Shown here: in pieces, positions 10,479-21,024 of the stretch
How the letters are laid out: each line of letters starts with the position of its first letter
Position numbering within the stretch: position 1 is the stretch's first letter
NCBI GenBank assembly: GCA_000146045.2
Contig: BK006946.2
Coordinates: 608,001 to 672,000, forward strand
Direction: 5' to 3'
Source: TPA_inf: Saccharomyces
Lineage: Eukaryota
DNA: 64,000 bases
Notes under the pieces: model-generated
Told to the model about the DNA's origin: nothing
Database searches by the model: none
Seen by the model: the letters and a program-made list of their open reading frames with translations, nothing else
Position numbers and translations under genes: made by a program

Positions 10479-11303
10479 ATGGTGAAAGTAACTGCAGCTT
10501 GTATCATAATTGGTGATGAAGTGCTGAATGGAAAAGTAGTTGATACAAATTCCACTTTTTTTGCGAAGTATTGCTTTGATCATGGAATTCAATTAAAAGA
10601 AATTGCAACTATAGGGGATGATGAAACCCAGATCGTAGATACTGTGAGAAGATTAGTCAAAAATTATGATTTTATCATCAGTACAGGTGGAATCGGCCCC
10701 ACTCATGACGACATCACTTACGAATGTATGGCGAAAAGCTTTAATTTGCCTTGTGAACTAGATGAAGAATGCAAAGAACGAATGAGGCATAAATCTGACC
10801 CTGAAGCAAGGCTTGATGCAGATGCTCTAAAGGCGCATTACCAAATGGCAACCATGCCAAAAGGCACAAACGTCAAAAATTATTATGTGTGTGATGACTT
10901 GTGGGTACCTATTTGTTCTATATCTCACAAAATGTATATACTACCCGGTATCCCTCAACTATTTGCAAGGATGCTGAAAGCGTTCACTCCCACGTTGAAA
11001 AAAATATATAATTTGGACAAGGATCCACGTGAGTATGTTCGTTATTTTGTCAGAACACACCTAACTGAGTCTCAAATTTCTAAAGAGCTAAAGTTGATTC
11101 AGGATGAATCAACAAAAGTTTCAGAAGCCATTAAAATAGGCTCATACCCACATTTTGGTATGGGATTCAATACAGTTAGTATTTTGGGTGAAAAGAAAGA
11201 CGATTCATATCTGAAGAGTATTGTCAATAGAGTTGTTAATAACCTCGAGGGAGAAGTAATTTCTTCTGAACTTGAAAACAAGTTCTCGAACCAGGAGAGC
11301 TGA
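10479..11303 (+). CDS. FPY1: YMR178W, 274-aa CinA/MoaB-like (MoCF-biosynthesis fold) protein, reported as FAD pyrophosphatase.
   Basis: N-terminal [14 protein letters not shown] motif typical of the CinA/MogA fold. Length 274 aa. I recall the symbol FPY1 for YMR178W but with limited certainty. Confidence 0.8.
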
Positions 11304-11857
11304 ATACCCGAGTATTTAGAACTATGTATAGATATAGATTTTTTTTTTGGGAGCAAAGTCATCTCAGTCATCGCCGGTAGTTGCGCTTTCTTCTCAACAA
11401 AAAAGTACACTGCTCGTGGTAGAAAGGTACCTTGAAAAATTAAAGATCACATTGCTACTGTTAGAGCTTCAATCGCTAAAGTAAACATTTGAAAAATGCA
11501 TATCCGAAAGGACCAAACCAGCAAAAGGTATATAATTCATTCAATAGATACAACTGCTCCATGAAAGGAAAAACCTTCATTTACGGTCGCGTTTTTTTTC
11601 GTGATATAAAAAAGGTAAAAAAAACGCGTCGCGTTAGAAAAAAGGTGTGTGTGAAGAGAAAGACCCATTGAATGGAGAGTTCGGTTCTTGGGAATTGCAC
11701 TGAGCCGTGGTGAGTTTGTTGCTTTACTACATCTCTTCTTTTATAAGCAACGCTTAAGCTGAACCTAGTCAACACACATAACTGAAGTCAATTTGACCAG
11801 GTGCAACTGAAACCTGGATTGGAATTGGTATTCACTTGAACAAAAGACTCTGGTAAA

Positions 11858-14134
11858 ATGTCTGAACTCTCTCAAATGACATTGAAGATCCTTTACACAT
11901 TGGATAATGGATCCAATGGTAGTTATTTAGCCCGCTCAAGGGCTCCAAAACAGGTAAGAGTTGCTAATATTCCTAGTCCATTCCCGACAGATTCGAATGA
12001 GCAAACGGAGTTGCGAATTGGCGCCATCCATTTGAAGACTATACTGCATGAAATATACTTAAATTCACCTGAAGTGTTAGACCATGACACTTTAAAAGAT
12101 GGATATGATTATAACTTGTATTATCGTGACATATGTGAAGTGGATGAGCCATTAGTAAGCCTTGGTCTTCTTTCCGGGCTTCGAAAAAAGTTTCATAAGA
12201 ATAGCCCCTACCAGTATACAGAAAACAATATTGGTGAAGAAGAAAGTGAAGAGAGAGATGAGGTAACTGAAGAAGAGTATGAAGATGAATCTTTTATAGT
12301 TACTGGAAGGGTATGCTCGAATGTTTCCGCTTTACTACGAAGATCATATAGCAACATCTCGAATAAAAAGGGAAGGGTCGTAAACAACCAAATTCCGGAA
12401 GAAACTTTGGAGGTTAAACTAAGATTCACAAAAGTTATAACCAATTTAAGGACGTCTGGTAACAATACTACAAATTCTCGGATATCGTGTCTTCAAATGC
12501 CGTCTTCTTTACCATCAGCAACACTTCCGTTTACCCCAAAATCGCAATCTCTTTTCAAGACAAACCAAATAAAAAATTCAAGGAATGCAAGGACCACGAT
12601 AACAATAAATAATACTAATAGCGGGACTGTGGGAAGAAGACAGACGAATCCTATGCCTGCTCCAAAAGCTGTCAGAACTCAGTCTTTACCCATCTGGAAT
12701 CTTAAACCAAATATAGCGAATACTGGTTTCCCAAGAAATTCAATTGCGCACAAAATCTACTTAGCAGATAGAAAAACAGAAGCCAATCAACAAAACAACC
12801 AGCATCAAAACATAGCTTACGAAATAAATACTTTGCAAAACGATAATACTATTCAGAGGACCAAGATCGATGATTCGGTAAGCAAGAGGTTCGATTTTAT
12901 GCTCAACAAAAGAAAGTCTACGAAAAAAGTGTCACCTGGTATAGCAACGATAGCAAAAAAACCAGCTTCAATAAACATAAATCCAAAGCAACCGCCGAAG
13001 ACTAGTGGTGAAAAAAAAGCAAATGATAAGCAAACGATTGTCAAAGTTAAGAATTCGAATTCCAAAAATTCGGCTAAGTCTACACAAGCAGGATGTAGGC
13101 GATCATCAGTGATAGAACATTTAAATGATCATGACGATTCAATTTTAAGTGACATTCTATCGGAACCAGGCATTGAAGGGCAGAAATTGCAGCAAAAACA
13201 AAAGGGGCGTAAGATATCTTTAACTAGTGAAAATGATAAAGAAAATATTCCACCCCAAAGCATAACTAGTAAAGAGAACAAGCTTGAAGGTGACTTGGAT
13301 TTTAACGCTGAGTTCCCCATGAGTGACTTTTCGGATGTAGTATTTAAAGATGAGATGGGATGGTTTTCCAATTTCAATTGCAATTTTTTTGAATCACCAA
13401 CTTCTGCAAGTGCATCACAACTCAATCAGCAAAATTTGAAGCCTTCTATAACACTCAACGATCCAAACACCTGTAACACCATTGCTCTCGAAAATGAAGA
13501 TGTCAGTGAATTGGAAACAGCGCAAAATAATAAAATATCTTTGCCTAGCGATGTTGACAAAACCTCCCCAATAGACTCGTTGTCTATACCTTTAATTGAA
13601 CTTACACATTCAAGCTCGACAACAAACATGCAGCGTATATCCATTAAAGAAGGATCGACACTAAATATAACAGATAGTAATAATGCCACCCCATGTGATA
13701 ATGATATAAAAGATAGAAAGGCATCTGTAATAGATTCGGACAATACAAAACCTCAGGCAGGGCTTATAAATTTCTCTACTCCAGCTGACCAGCCAGCTTC
13801 TGATAATAATGTTACAGCTTCGAAAAAGCTTACTAGCATGCTGGAAACTCAGCAAAGTAAGAGATCTCATGAAGAAGTTTTGGATGAAGAGGAAGAGGAG
13901 GAAGCCCTCAAAAAGCAAAAGGCAATACCGTCTTCACCATGTGGGATGTTCAATTATCATCAACCCATGGAATTATCTGAGGACATAGTTGAAGAAGAGC
14001 AAGGACACAATATCGGCGATGATAATGAAAGCGATAAGACCAACGATTTATTCTCAACATTCATCCATTCAGGAATAAGAGTAAGTCAGGTAGTAACAAG
14101 TCCCATCGGTGAATTTCAGTCAATAAAACACTGA
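11858..14134 (+). CDS. SPT21: SPT21 (YMR179W), histone gene transcription regulator, 758 aa.
   Basis: 758-aa ORF, Ser/Asn-rich and low-complexity. Synteny and length match. Confidence 0.88.
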   Translation: MSELSQMTLKILYTLDNGSNGSYLARSRAPKQVRVANIPSPFPTDSNEQTELRIGAIHLKTILHEIYLNSPEVLDHDTLKDGYDYNLYYRDICEVDEPLVSLGLLSGLRKKFHKNSPYQYTENNIGEEESEERDEVTEEEYEDESFIVTGRVCSNVSALLRRSYSNISNKKGRVVNNQIPEETLEVKLRFTKVITNLRTSGNNTTNSRISCLQMPSSLPSATLPFTPKSQSLFKTNQIKNSRNARTTITINNTNSGTVGRRQTNPMPAPKAVRTQSLPIWNLKPNIANTGFPRNSIAHKIYLADRKTEANQQNNQHQNIAYEINTLQNDNTIQRTKIDDSVSKRFDFMLNKRKSTKKVSPGIATIAKKPASININPKQPPKTSGEKKANDKQTIVKVKNSNSKNSAKSTQAGCRRSSVIEHLNDHDDSILSDILSEPGIEGQKLQQKQKGRKISLTSENDKENIPPQSITSKENKLEGDLDFNAEFPMSDFSDVVFKDEMGWFSNFNCNFFESPTSASASQLNQQNLKPSITLNDPNTCNTIALENEDVSELETAQNNKISLPSDVDKTSPIDSLSIPLIELTHSSSTTNMQRISIKEGSTLNITDSNNATPCDNDIKDRKASVIDSDNTKPQAGLINFSTPADQPASDNNVTASKKLTSMLETQQSKRSHEEVLDEEEEEEALKKQKAIPSSPCGMFNYHQPMELSEDIVEEEQGHNIGDDNESDKTNDLFSTFIHSGIRVSQVVTSPIGEFQSIKH

Positions 14135-14168
14135 AAATATTACATGAACTTATTCCTAGCACAGCATG

Positions 14169-14192
14169 TATATATATATATATATATATATA
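14169..14192. repeat. (TA)12 microsatellite in the 116-bp convergent SPT21/CTL1 3' intergenic.
   Basis: Read directly: tatatatatatatatatatatata. Confidence 0.95.
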
Positions 14193-14250
14193 CTCAGATC
14201 ATACATGTAGCACCTTATAGAGAACAAAAAGAAGTATTTAATTAGCATTT

Positions 14251-15213
14251 TCATGTCGTTAACATGTTATCGCGTTCTGCAGCCTTACGTATAAGGTCGC
14301 TGGCATTCAAAAACGAGCACATATACTCATTAAACTTCTCCCTATCATTAGCGGAAATTGTCTCCTTGAATATAGGATCCATTTCTACCTCCACTTCATG
14401 GGACGTGTATTGATGGGAGTTCCTTCGCGTGGTAGTAACCTTTGTCAAATCCAAGTGTAAAGGCATTTTATCATTAAAGGTGTAGGTGGAACGGCTTTTG
14501 GTTCTTTGTAAAATAAAGCCATTCCTGAAAGCGGCAGAAGTTTCGTATTCAGGCACTTCAAGGCTGATGCTAATTTTAGCGTCTAATGAACTTTGAGGAT
14601 AGCGAATGAGAAAATCCTTGACCCGGACCTTTTTGATGTAAGTAAGTTTAAGTTCTTTGTTTCTAAGGTCTTCCGAACAACGCCATGAAGTTAATTTGCC
14701 AACTTTCGAGGCATTGTTGCAGTTATATATAGAATCTTTCGTATACTTTTGTACCTGTTTTACTACTCTTGGGGCACATTTACTTGGATTCTCCGATTTT
14801 GAGCGGAGTAGCTCCTGGAAACTCGAGAACATTTGCTCAGGAACGTTAGACACTAAGCGGCCATTTCTGTTTTGAACAATAAAGGGCTTGTTGTGTGGTG
14901 TCATCCTGCGATGTGTCCTTTTGTCTGTTATAACACCAAATTTCATTTCGATTTCAATGTGTGATATCGACGATTTATCAATACAAGCAAGATATTTCCA
15001 TGCTAACTTACAAACATGTTTATGGAATTCTGTCGCACCTCTTGAATTGTTTCTTGTGGTTTTGTATAAAGCTCTAGTTGATGTTAATGGCTTAGTGGTT
15101 TCAGAGATATGCAAGCTTCTGAATTTCGAGGCAACATTAGCGTCAGCTTTCTTTGCGCCAACATTTTCATGAGAATTTCTACTATTGGAAGGAGTCTCGG
15201 GTTGGTCAGACAT
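14251..15213 (-). CDS. CTL1: CTL1 (YMR180C), RNA 5'-triphosphatase (Cet1 paralog), 320 aa.
   Basis: 320-aa ORF. Synteny and length match. Confidence 0.88.
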   Translation of the reverse strand: MSDQPETPSNSRNSHENVGAKKADANVASKFRSLHISETTKPLTSTRALYKTTRNNSRGATEFHKHVCKLAWKYLACIDKSSISHIEIEMKFGVITDKRTHRRMTPHNKPFIVQNRNGRLVSNVPEQMFSSFQELLRSKSENPSKCAPRVVKQVQKYTKDSIYNCNNASKVGKLTSWRCSEDLRNKELKLTYIKKVRVKDFLIRYPQSSLDAKISISLEVPEYETSAAFRNGFILQRTKSRSTYTFNDKMPLHLDLTKVTTTRRNSHQYTSHEVEVEMDPIFKETISANDREKFNEYMCSFLNASDLIRKAAERDNMLTT

Positions 15214-15615
15214 ATCTTAAACTTCCTATAGTGTTTTCATTTTTCCTTTTCAGTGCTTTTTTTTTCTTTCCCATTTTGCTGGTAGTCAACAAAGTTGTCT
15301 TAAGGAAAAAAAAATAAAGAAAATATTGAAAACTAATAAGTTTTTTTCCTGTAAAAGTGTATAAAATATATAGGAGATCCCGTCAAATAATAGAAAAAAA
15401 ATTTTTTGCCACATATACCTGTAGCCCCAGGAATACTGAAAAAATGGAGTAAAATGAAATGAACAATTCGTCGTGAAGAATACAAAGAAATATTAAAGAA
15501 ATTTCGACGTAATACATAGTTCAACCGATTAATAAGAAATACCCAGAATAATAAGAGAAAGAAAATGAAAAAAGGAAAAGAAGCCCCATGTCTGTAGTGA
15601 ACGTGTTCTCGTTAG

Positions 15616-16080
15616 TTATTCAGAAGAAGCTGGACTGAAACTCTTCGAAGTGTAGGGATTGAACTTAACTATCTTTTCCTCTTTAGGAGTGGAGGAATAC
15701 GTTTGGGAGATTTGTAACTGGGTCAATAGTGCTTGTTCCATGTAATACTTGTCAATTTCCTGGTATACCACTTGTTCTTCTGGGGTGAGCAAACTTCTTG
15801 GACAATAAAAGATGTCGTCTTCGAAAGTTTTACTGATGTTGTTTTTGTACATTATGGTGTTCATGCCGTCTTGTTGGGTAGTGAATTCATCACTAGAACT
15901 CACCCTACTGTTGTTGGCAGTGTTATAGCTGAAAATGCCCGAGTTATTTTTACTATTGGGTACCGAGGGAGAAGAATAGAATGACTGAGGGCTGGTGAGG
16001 TTGAATTCATGTTGTTGGATGCTTTCCGTAAGGTAGAGGCTTGTGTTCATTTTTGCTTCCGCCTGCAAAAGTGGAGTCAT
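15616..16080 (-). CDS. YMR181C, protein of unknown function, 154 aa.
   Basis: 154-aa ORF at the expected position and length. Confidence 0.75.
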   Translation of the reverse strand: MTPLLQAEAKMNTSLYLTESIQQHEFNLTSPQSFYSSPSVPNSKNNSGIFSYNTANNSRVSSSDEFTTQQDGMNTIMYKNNISKTFEDDIFYCPRSLLTPEEQVVYQEIDKYYMEQALLTQLQISQTYSSTPKEEKIVKFNPYTSKSFSPASSE

Positions 16081-16531
16081 TTTTTTTTTGTTCTGAAATC
16101 AGGAGAATTAGAGTAGGGGGAAGGTGAGTAAATATAAGGGGTCGAGGAACAAAATCCTTATAAACAATCCGTAGAGTAAAACGCTGCTTGTTATCTTACA
16201 GCAATGTAATAACAAGCAAGAAAGATAAAGCAATACGAACCAGTTGCTACTTGGTGGCACAGACGTGCGAATTAATTAAGGTTGTGTGGACAGGAAAATA
16301 GCGTTTCCCTCGAAGGGTATTGTTCTTGTTCTTTTTATATTTTCGGCATTTTTATGCTCGGCATTTCCCAACAGAAGCGGATATATTTTAAGGGCGCGGA
16401 GATGAGCCAAACGGCAAGCGATATCAAAATATCTGCATAATAACGGCAATCAACGCGCACGCGAATGGCCAAGAGGGTACAATAGCAGCAATGATGCGGC
16501 TTGTGAAATGGAGGAGTGGGTGCGGTAGAGC

Positions 16532-17167
16532 TTATTTTTTTGCGTTTGGTGAAGCGTCCTTGGCCTGGTCAAAACTTTGCACCTTAGACGGCGATGCTGG
16601 AGTGTCACTGCTATCTGGAGGGAGCTCTACAATGTTGTGGTTTTGTATGGGAGTGTGGTTCAGGAAGAGTGGTTGCATATAGCTGTATATTGGTAGTGGA
16701 GGAGGCTGATGCGGCAATGGTATGGGAGCAGATGGCATAGGATGAGGGAAGTATGGTGGTGCGTAAAGAGATATAGTGTCTTGTGGGCTAGCAGGAGTTG
16801 ATATGGGCAGATTGTATGGAACAGGCGCGGGCTGGACAACAATTCCATATGGGCGTAATTGCGGGAACATTCTTGTTGCGTTAGGGTCGTTCGCAGTGCT
16901 ATTTGCGGACTGCTGCAGTCTACGTAAGGACATCAAATCAACGTCCGAATGAACAGAAGATTGATGTTGTCTTAAGTTATCGATTCTACTGAAGAATTTA
17001 AGGCAGATATTGCATTGGAATGGTTTCTCCCCTGTGTGTTTCCTGATATGTCTAGCCAAATGTTCGGTCCTATTGAAACTCATGTTACAATCAGGATATC
17101 CCACGCATCTATAATTTCTCTTGACAGAAGCGTTGTCTTTGTTCCTTTTCGGTTGTTTTCCTCTCAT
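16532..17167 (-). CDS. RGM1: RGM1 (YMR182C), C2H2 zinc-finger transcription factor, 211 aa.
   Basis: Two C2H2 fingers near the N-terminus ([49 protein letters not shown]), then a Pro-rich tail. Confidence 0.9.
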   Translation of the reverse strand: MRGKQPKRNKDNASVKRNYRCVGYPDCNMSFNRTEHLARHIRKHTGEKPFQCNICLKFFSRIDNLRQHQSSVHSDVDLMSLRRLQQSANSTANDPNATRMFPQLRPYGIVVQPAPVPYNLPISTPASPQDTISLYAPPYFPHPMPSAPIPLPHQPPPLPIYSYMQPLFLNHTPIQNHNIVELPPDSSDTPASPSKVQSFDQAKDASPNAKK

Positions 17168-17380
17168 GTTTAACCAGTGTCATGCTAATTGTCCTGGACT
17201 ATAGACGTGAGTGGGGAGGAATAGTGCTATGAAGTCGCAATTGAATCAAGAATACACGAAAGAAAGAGAAGGAGGCGTCTGTTCATATACACACAAACAA
17301 TAGTTGAAATCAAGAAGATACAATGAAAGAAAAGAGAAGGAAAATAATGTTATAAACGATTGAAGGGATCCGCTGAGGAA

Positions 17381-17738
17381 TGAAAAAAAAAAATAAGAAA
17401 GTAAGAGAAGGGAAAAAAAAAAGAAAAAAAGAAAAAAAGAAAAAAAGAAAAAAAGAGGGAATGATCGAAGATAAAAATTCTCAGAAATTTGAGAAGAAGG
17501 AAAAACTCTACTTAAATAAAGATAAACTTTTCATGGCTTGAGAGTCCGGCATCCACGTAACTTAATGGTCCGTGCGGTAACATGGCAGGGTGTGCAGGAC
17601 CCTATGGCTCGAGAAGTTGCTACCGGTGTTTAATTTTTTTTTTATCTTAATATTAGGAAGAGAAAAAGCATCAGTTACGAGACTCCTGAAGGAGCGCCGG
17701 AAAGTTTCTTTTTTTTTTTTTTTTTTTTAATTTTTTTT
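17381..17738. repeat. Low-complexity tracts in the RGM1 upstream region. A purine tract with (GAAAAAAA)x4 lies at about 17421-17456. T21 lies at 17708-17728, followed by T8 at 17731-17738.
   Basis: Read directly. Poly(dA:dT) tracts are typical nucleosome-excluding promoter elements in yeast. Confidence 0.9.
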
Positions 17739-18920
17739 GTGTGGGGAAAGACCGACTACCAGTAATACTTTAAAGATATTATTAAAAGAAATCCCGAAAA
17801 AAGAAAGACCATGAGAAAACCGAGTGCGTTTCATGCATGTAACATAATATTTCTTCCCCTCGTTAAGTGTGCATCAGCAACCATAATGCTGAATTAACCG
17901 CAAAGGTTACCATAAAGGATCGCATATAAACAAAACTCGCCCTTTCTCCTGCATCCCTTACCGAAAAGGAAAGTTTATATACACTTAAAGGAAAGTGCTA
18001 CTGTAGGTCGTCAGGCCGTTGATGTACTGCTCTTCGAGACAACTATTGTACCTTAACTGTAAGAATTTGCTCAAGCCCTCAAAAAACACAACGTGCGGGT
18101 AACGACAACGAAGTGGGCGCAAGACAAAGATGGAATATCCTATCCGATGGGCACTATAAAAGGCGAAGGGAAAATTAGTTTTTTTTCTTGTCAAGCATTT
18201 GCCGAGCGCTTCAATGTTGATTGGTCTAGAAGTAACAATCAAGACAGATAAAGTCTAGTACGTGTGCAGGTTAATGCGCAAGTGAGAAGTGTAGATATTG
18301 TAGTTGTGATATTTACTATTCTAACTTGGCGCTATTAACGCTTTCACAACCCAAAAACATCAAGAAAAGCCTTTCAATAAATTGCTCTTCTCTTGGCGAA
18401 AGAAAGCGGGGGGCAAAAAGAATCACGGGACTTATGTTTCGGGATCTCTTTGTTTCTTCTTTTTTTCCCGGAGAATAATTTTTTAGGACCAATTACCGTA
18501 GTTGCGACTACAACAATTGTTGTTCATACCCCCACGATTTACTTTTTGAAAACTAGTTTTTGGAATAATAATGTTGTAAAATTTCCCTTTTTCCACCCCG
18601 ATTTGTATTTTATTTTTCGTTACAAAATTGGGACTAATATTAAGGGCGACAGTTTTTCTTAAAAGTAAGATTTTTTACTTAAAAATTCTTGTTCTTAACG
18701 AAATTACATACGTATTAAAATTATTTATTAGATAGTCGGTATTGTCTTTTTGTGAAAAAAAAAAATTATAATACTAATTGTTAAAAAGGCAGGTATGAGG
18801 AGGGTATAGTAGGAAAGAGAAAAGACGTTACAATTTTTAGGTTTTCGGTTTTAATAGAAATTGTTTGATTACACATAATAGGAATTGGGGGGCTGGCGGG
18901 AGGGAGGCGCATGTGCTCTA

Positions 18921-19808
18921 TTACTTTCTTGTTTCCACAACGGATGGAACAACCACAACGACAACAACAATAGCAAAGATAATAAAGCAGATGATCAAAC
19001 ATCTTATTTTGTTTTTTCTTGCTTTTCTGGCACTCTTAACGGCCTTGTTGGTGTGACCCACACCTTGCTCTACATCTTGCTGAGCGTCTTCGACGTTTTT
19101 GTCAATGACATCCACATTTTCTTGTTGTTCGATGACCAACTCTTCCATGTCATTGAACAATTGGGTAAGTTCAGCCATTGTTTTTTCCAACTTCAACAAC
19201 TCTTGATGTCTAGCCTGTACTTCGGCCAATGCTGTCTTGGCCTCACCACGTCTATTGGCGTTTAGCAACGCTTGGGAAAAGATCTGCTGGCCATTGACAT
19301 CGTTGATGGCGGCTTCCACTTCTTCGTCAGTGGCTTCCGGTTGGATAATTGTGTACTGTCTCTTCGCCTGCTCTTTGCTTTCTTCTTTGTAGTTAGAATC
19401 GATAATTCTGTAGTCTTGAATTAATTTTAAGAATTTCTGTCTGCAATTTTCAGCTTGTGCCTGTTTATTAGAGTCGTGCAATCCGTCTCTCTGGGCATCT
19501 TTGATATCCGCTTTCAATTGATACTGCAAATCTGTGGCCTGAGAGATGTAATCGTCCAAAGAACGTCTCAATTCCATCTCCTGTTCCTCACTCACTTGAG
19601 TAAGTAGGTCTTTGTGTTGCGCATCAATTTGGTTGATAATGTTTTCGTACCTGGACAAGTTAGCATTTATTGAGTTGATCTTGTTCATAAAAGCTACGAA
19701 ATCGTCGCTACCATCTGAGTGACCAGTAGGAGCATTGTTCAAGTCCTCTTGCATTTCATAGTTTTCAGCGTACGGATTGTTATTCTCATAAGGATTAGCG
19801 TTGCTCAT
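18921..19808 (-). CDS. SSO2: SSO2 (YMR183C), plasma-membrane t-SNARE (syntaxin), 295 aa. Start at the internal Met MSNANPYENNNPY…. The ORF track extends 20 codons further upstream.
   Basis: Syntaxin SNARE motif and C-terminal TM (IICFIIFAIVVVVVVV). Length matches 295 aa from the Met at 19808. Confidence 0.9.
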   Translation of the reverse strand: MSNANPYENNNPYAENYEMQEDLNNAPTGHSDGSDDFVAFMNKINSINANLSRYENIINQIDAQHKDLLTQVSEEQEMELRRSLDDYISQATDLQYQLKADIKDAQRDGLHDSNKQAQAENCRQKFLKLIQDYRIIDSNYKEESKEQAKRQYTIIQPEATDEEVEAAINDVNGQQIFSQALLNANRRGEAKTALAEVQARHQELLKLEKTMAELTQLFNDMEELVIEQQENVDVIDKNVEDAQQDVEQGVGHTNKAVKSARKARKNKIRCLIICFIIFAIVVVVVVVPSVVETRK

Positions 19809-20188
19809 TGCTGCAATATTTGTGCGTGTATGGGCAGTTTTCAAATGTAAAGTATTACAATTCCACACTATTCCAGCTCTCTTATGGGTATATTAAACGA
19901 TTTAACCTGCCAACAGCATTTATTTGTCATTTTACTTGCTTTTTTCATCCATCCATTGAAACTAAAAACGTCAAAAAAGGCCATTTCGTAAACAACGGCC
20001 GGGTGATAAGCACGTCGTTTAGGGGGGACCCTTTGCTGCCGCTTGGTACCCGGCTCGTAAGACATAAAGATGCCACATATTTACTTTTAGCTGGCTTCTT
20101 TATTCACACAGGCTACTCATAAGAGCTTCAGTAGACGCGCATCTGTCGGTTCTTCGTCAATCTATTTCCGCACATACTATTACGTACG

Positions 20189-20785
20189 ATGGCTATTAAA
20201 CCAACCAAAAGTTTTCAGAATTGTCTAGAAGCTGAAGTGCCTGGTTATAACGACTGTCCGACAGTTTTGTTTTCTATCGACCCTAATAGCGGACCTAGAT
20301 CCAAATCTAAACAAAGAACGAAATCGAAAAGATGTGTTAGCGGCAGACTTGCCACAGAAGTGTTAGATCTTTATGGGAACACTAAAACAGCTACTACGCC
20401 GCCACCAGTTTTGAGGAGGCCATCTGTAACTGCTGCTCAACAAGAATCTGCCTGTGAAGGTGTGCTCGTAAAAGACCAAGGCGATAGACAGCTCCAGCCG
20501 ATATTATGCAGTAAAGAAGAATTAGTGGCTAAGATCAACGACCTCTGTGTGTGTGGCTCGAAGCTCTCTTCGAAGGAGTTGGAATTTTACAAGAAAAAAT
20601 TAGATTCAAACATTACCAAGATTTTACAAAACGAGCACACCAAAACAGTACTATCCCAGATTTTCAATGAAAAAGACAAAAATATGGCCGTGAAAACCAT
20701 TAAACATTGGATGGTTACTGACACAACAATCTCAAATTGGTGTCCCGCATTCTTAAAAATTTTTGAAAATGCGATGCCTAATTAA
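20189..20785 (+). CDS. ADD37: ADD37 (YMR184W), 198 aa.
   Basis: 198-aa ORF at the expected position. Confidence 0.8.
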   Translation: MAIKPTKSFQNCLEAEVPGYNDCPTVLFSIDPNSGPRSKSKQRTKSKRCVSGRLATEVLDLYGNTKTATTPPPVLRRPSVTAAQQESACEGVLVKDQGDRQLQPILCSKEELVAKINDLCVCGSKLSSKELEFYKKKLDSNITKILQNEHTKTVLSQIFNEKDKNMAVKTIKHWMVTDTTISNWCPAFLKIFENAMPN

Positions 20786-21024
20786 TCAATAATATTATTA
20801 TATTTATAAATAGAAGTACACTACGCAGAACATTTTATTTTCTAAAAAAAAAAAGAATTCCTATTGAATAATTAAAAATCAAGGTTACCCGCAGTCTGCT
20901 TGAGAAATTTAATAAAAAACATGTAATCATCTCATCGCGTCGAACAGCATATAGCAATAAGGGCTCATCACCGCCTCATGTTTCTTCTTGTCATATCAGA
21001 TCAAGAAAAACAAAAGGTTGGAAA

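Noticed and set aside
18865-19265. Plus-strand ORFs of 63 and 126 aa antisense to the SSO2 3' end
   Set aside because: They overlap the SSO2 transmembrane and C-terminal coding region on the opposite strand. Low complexity, no support.
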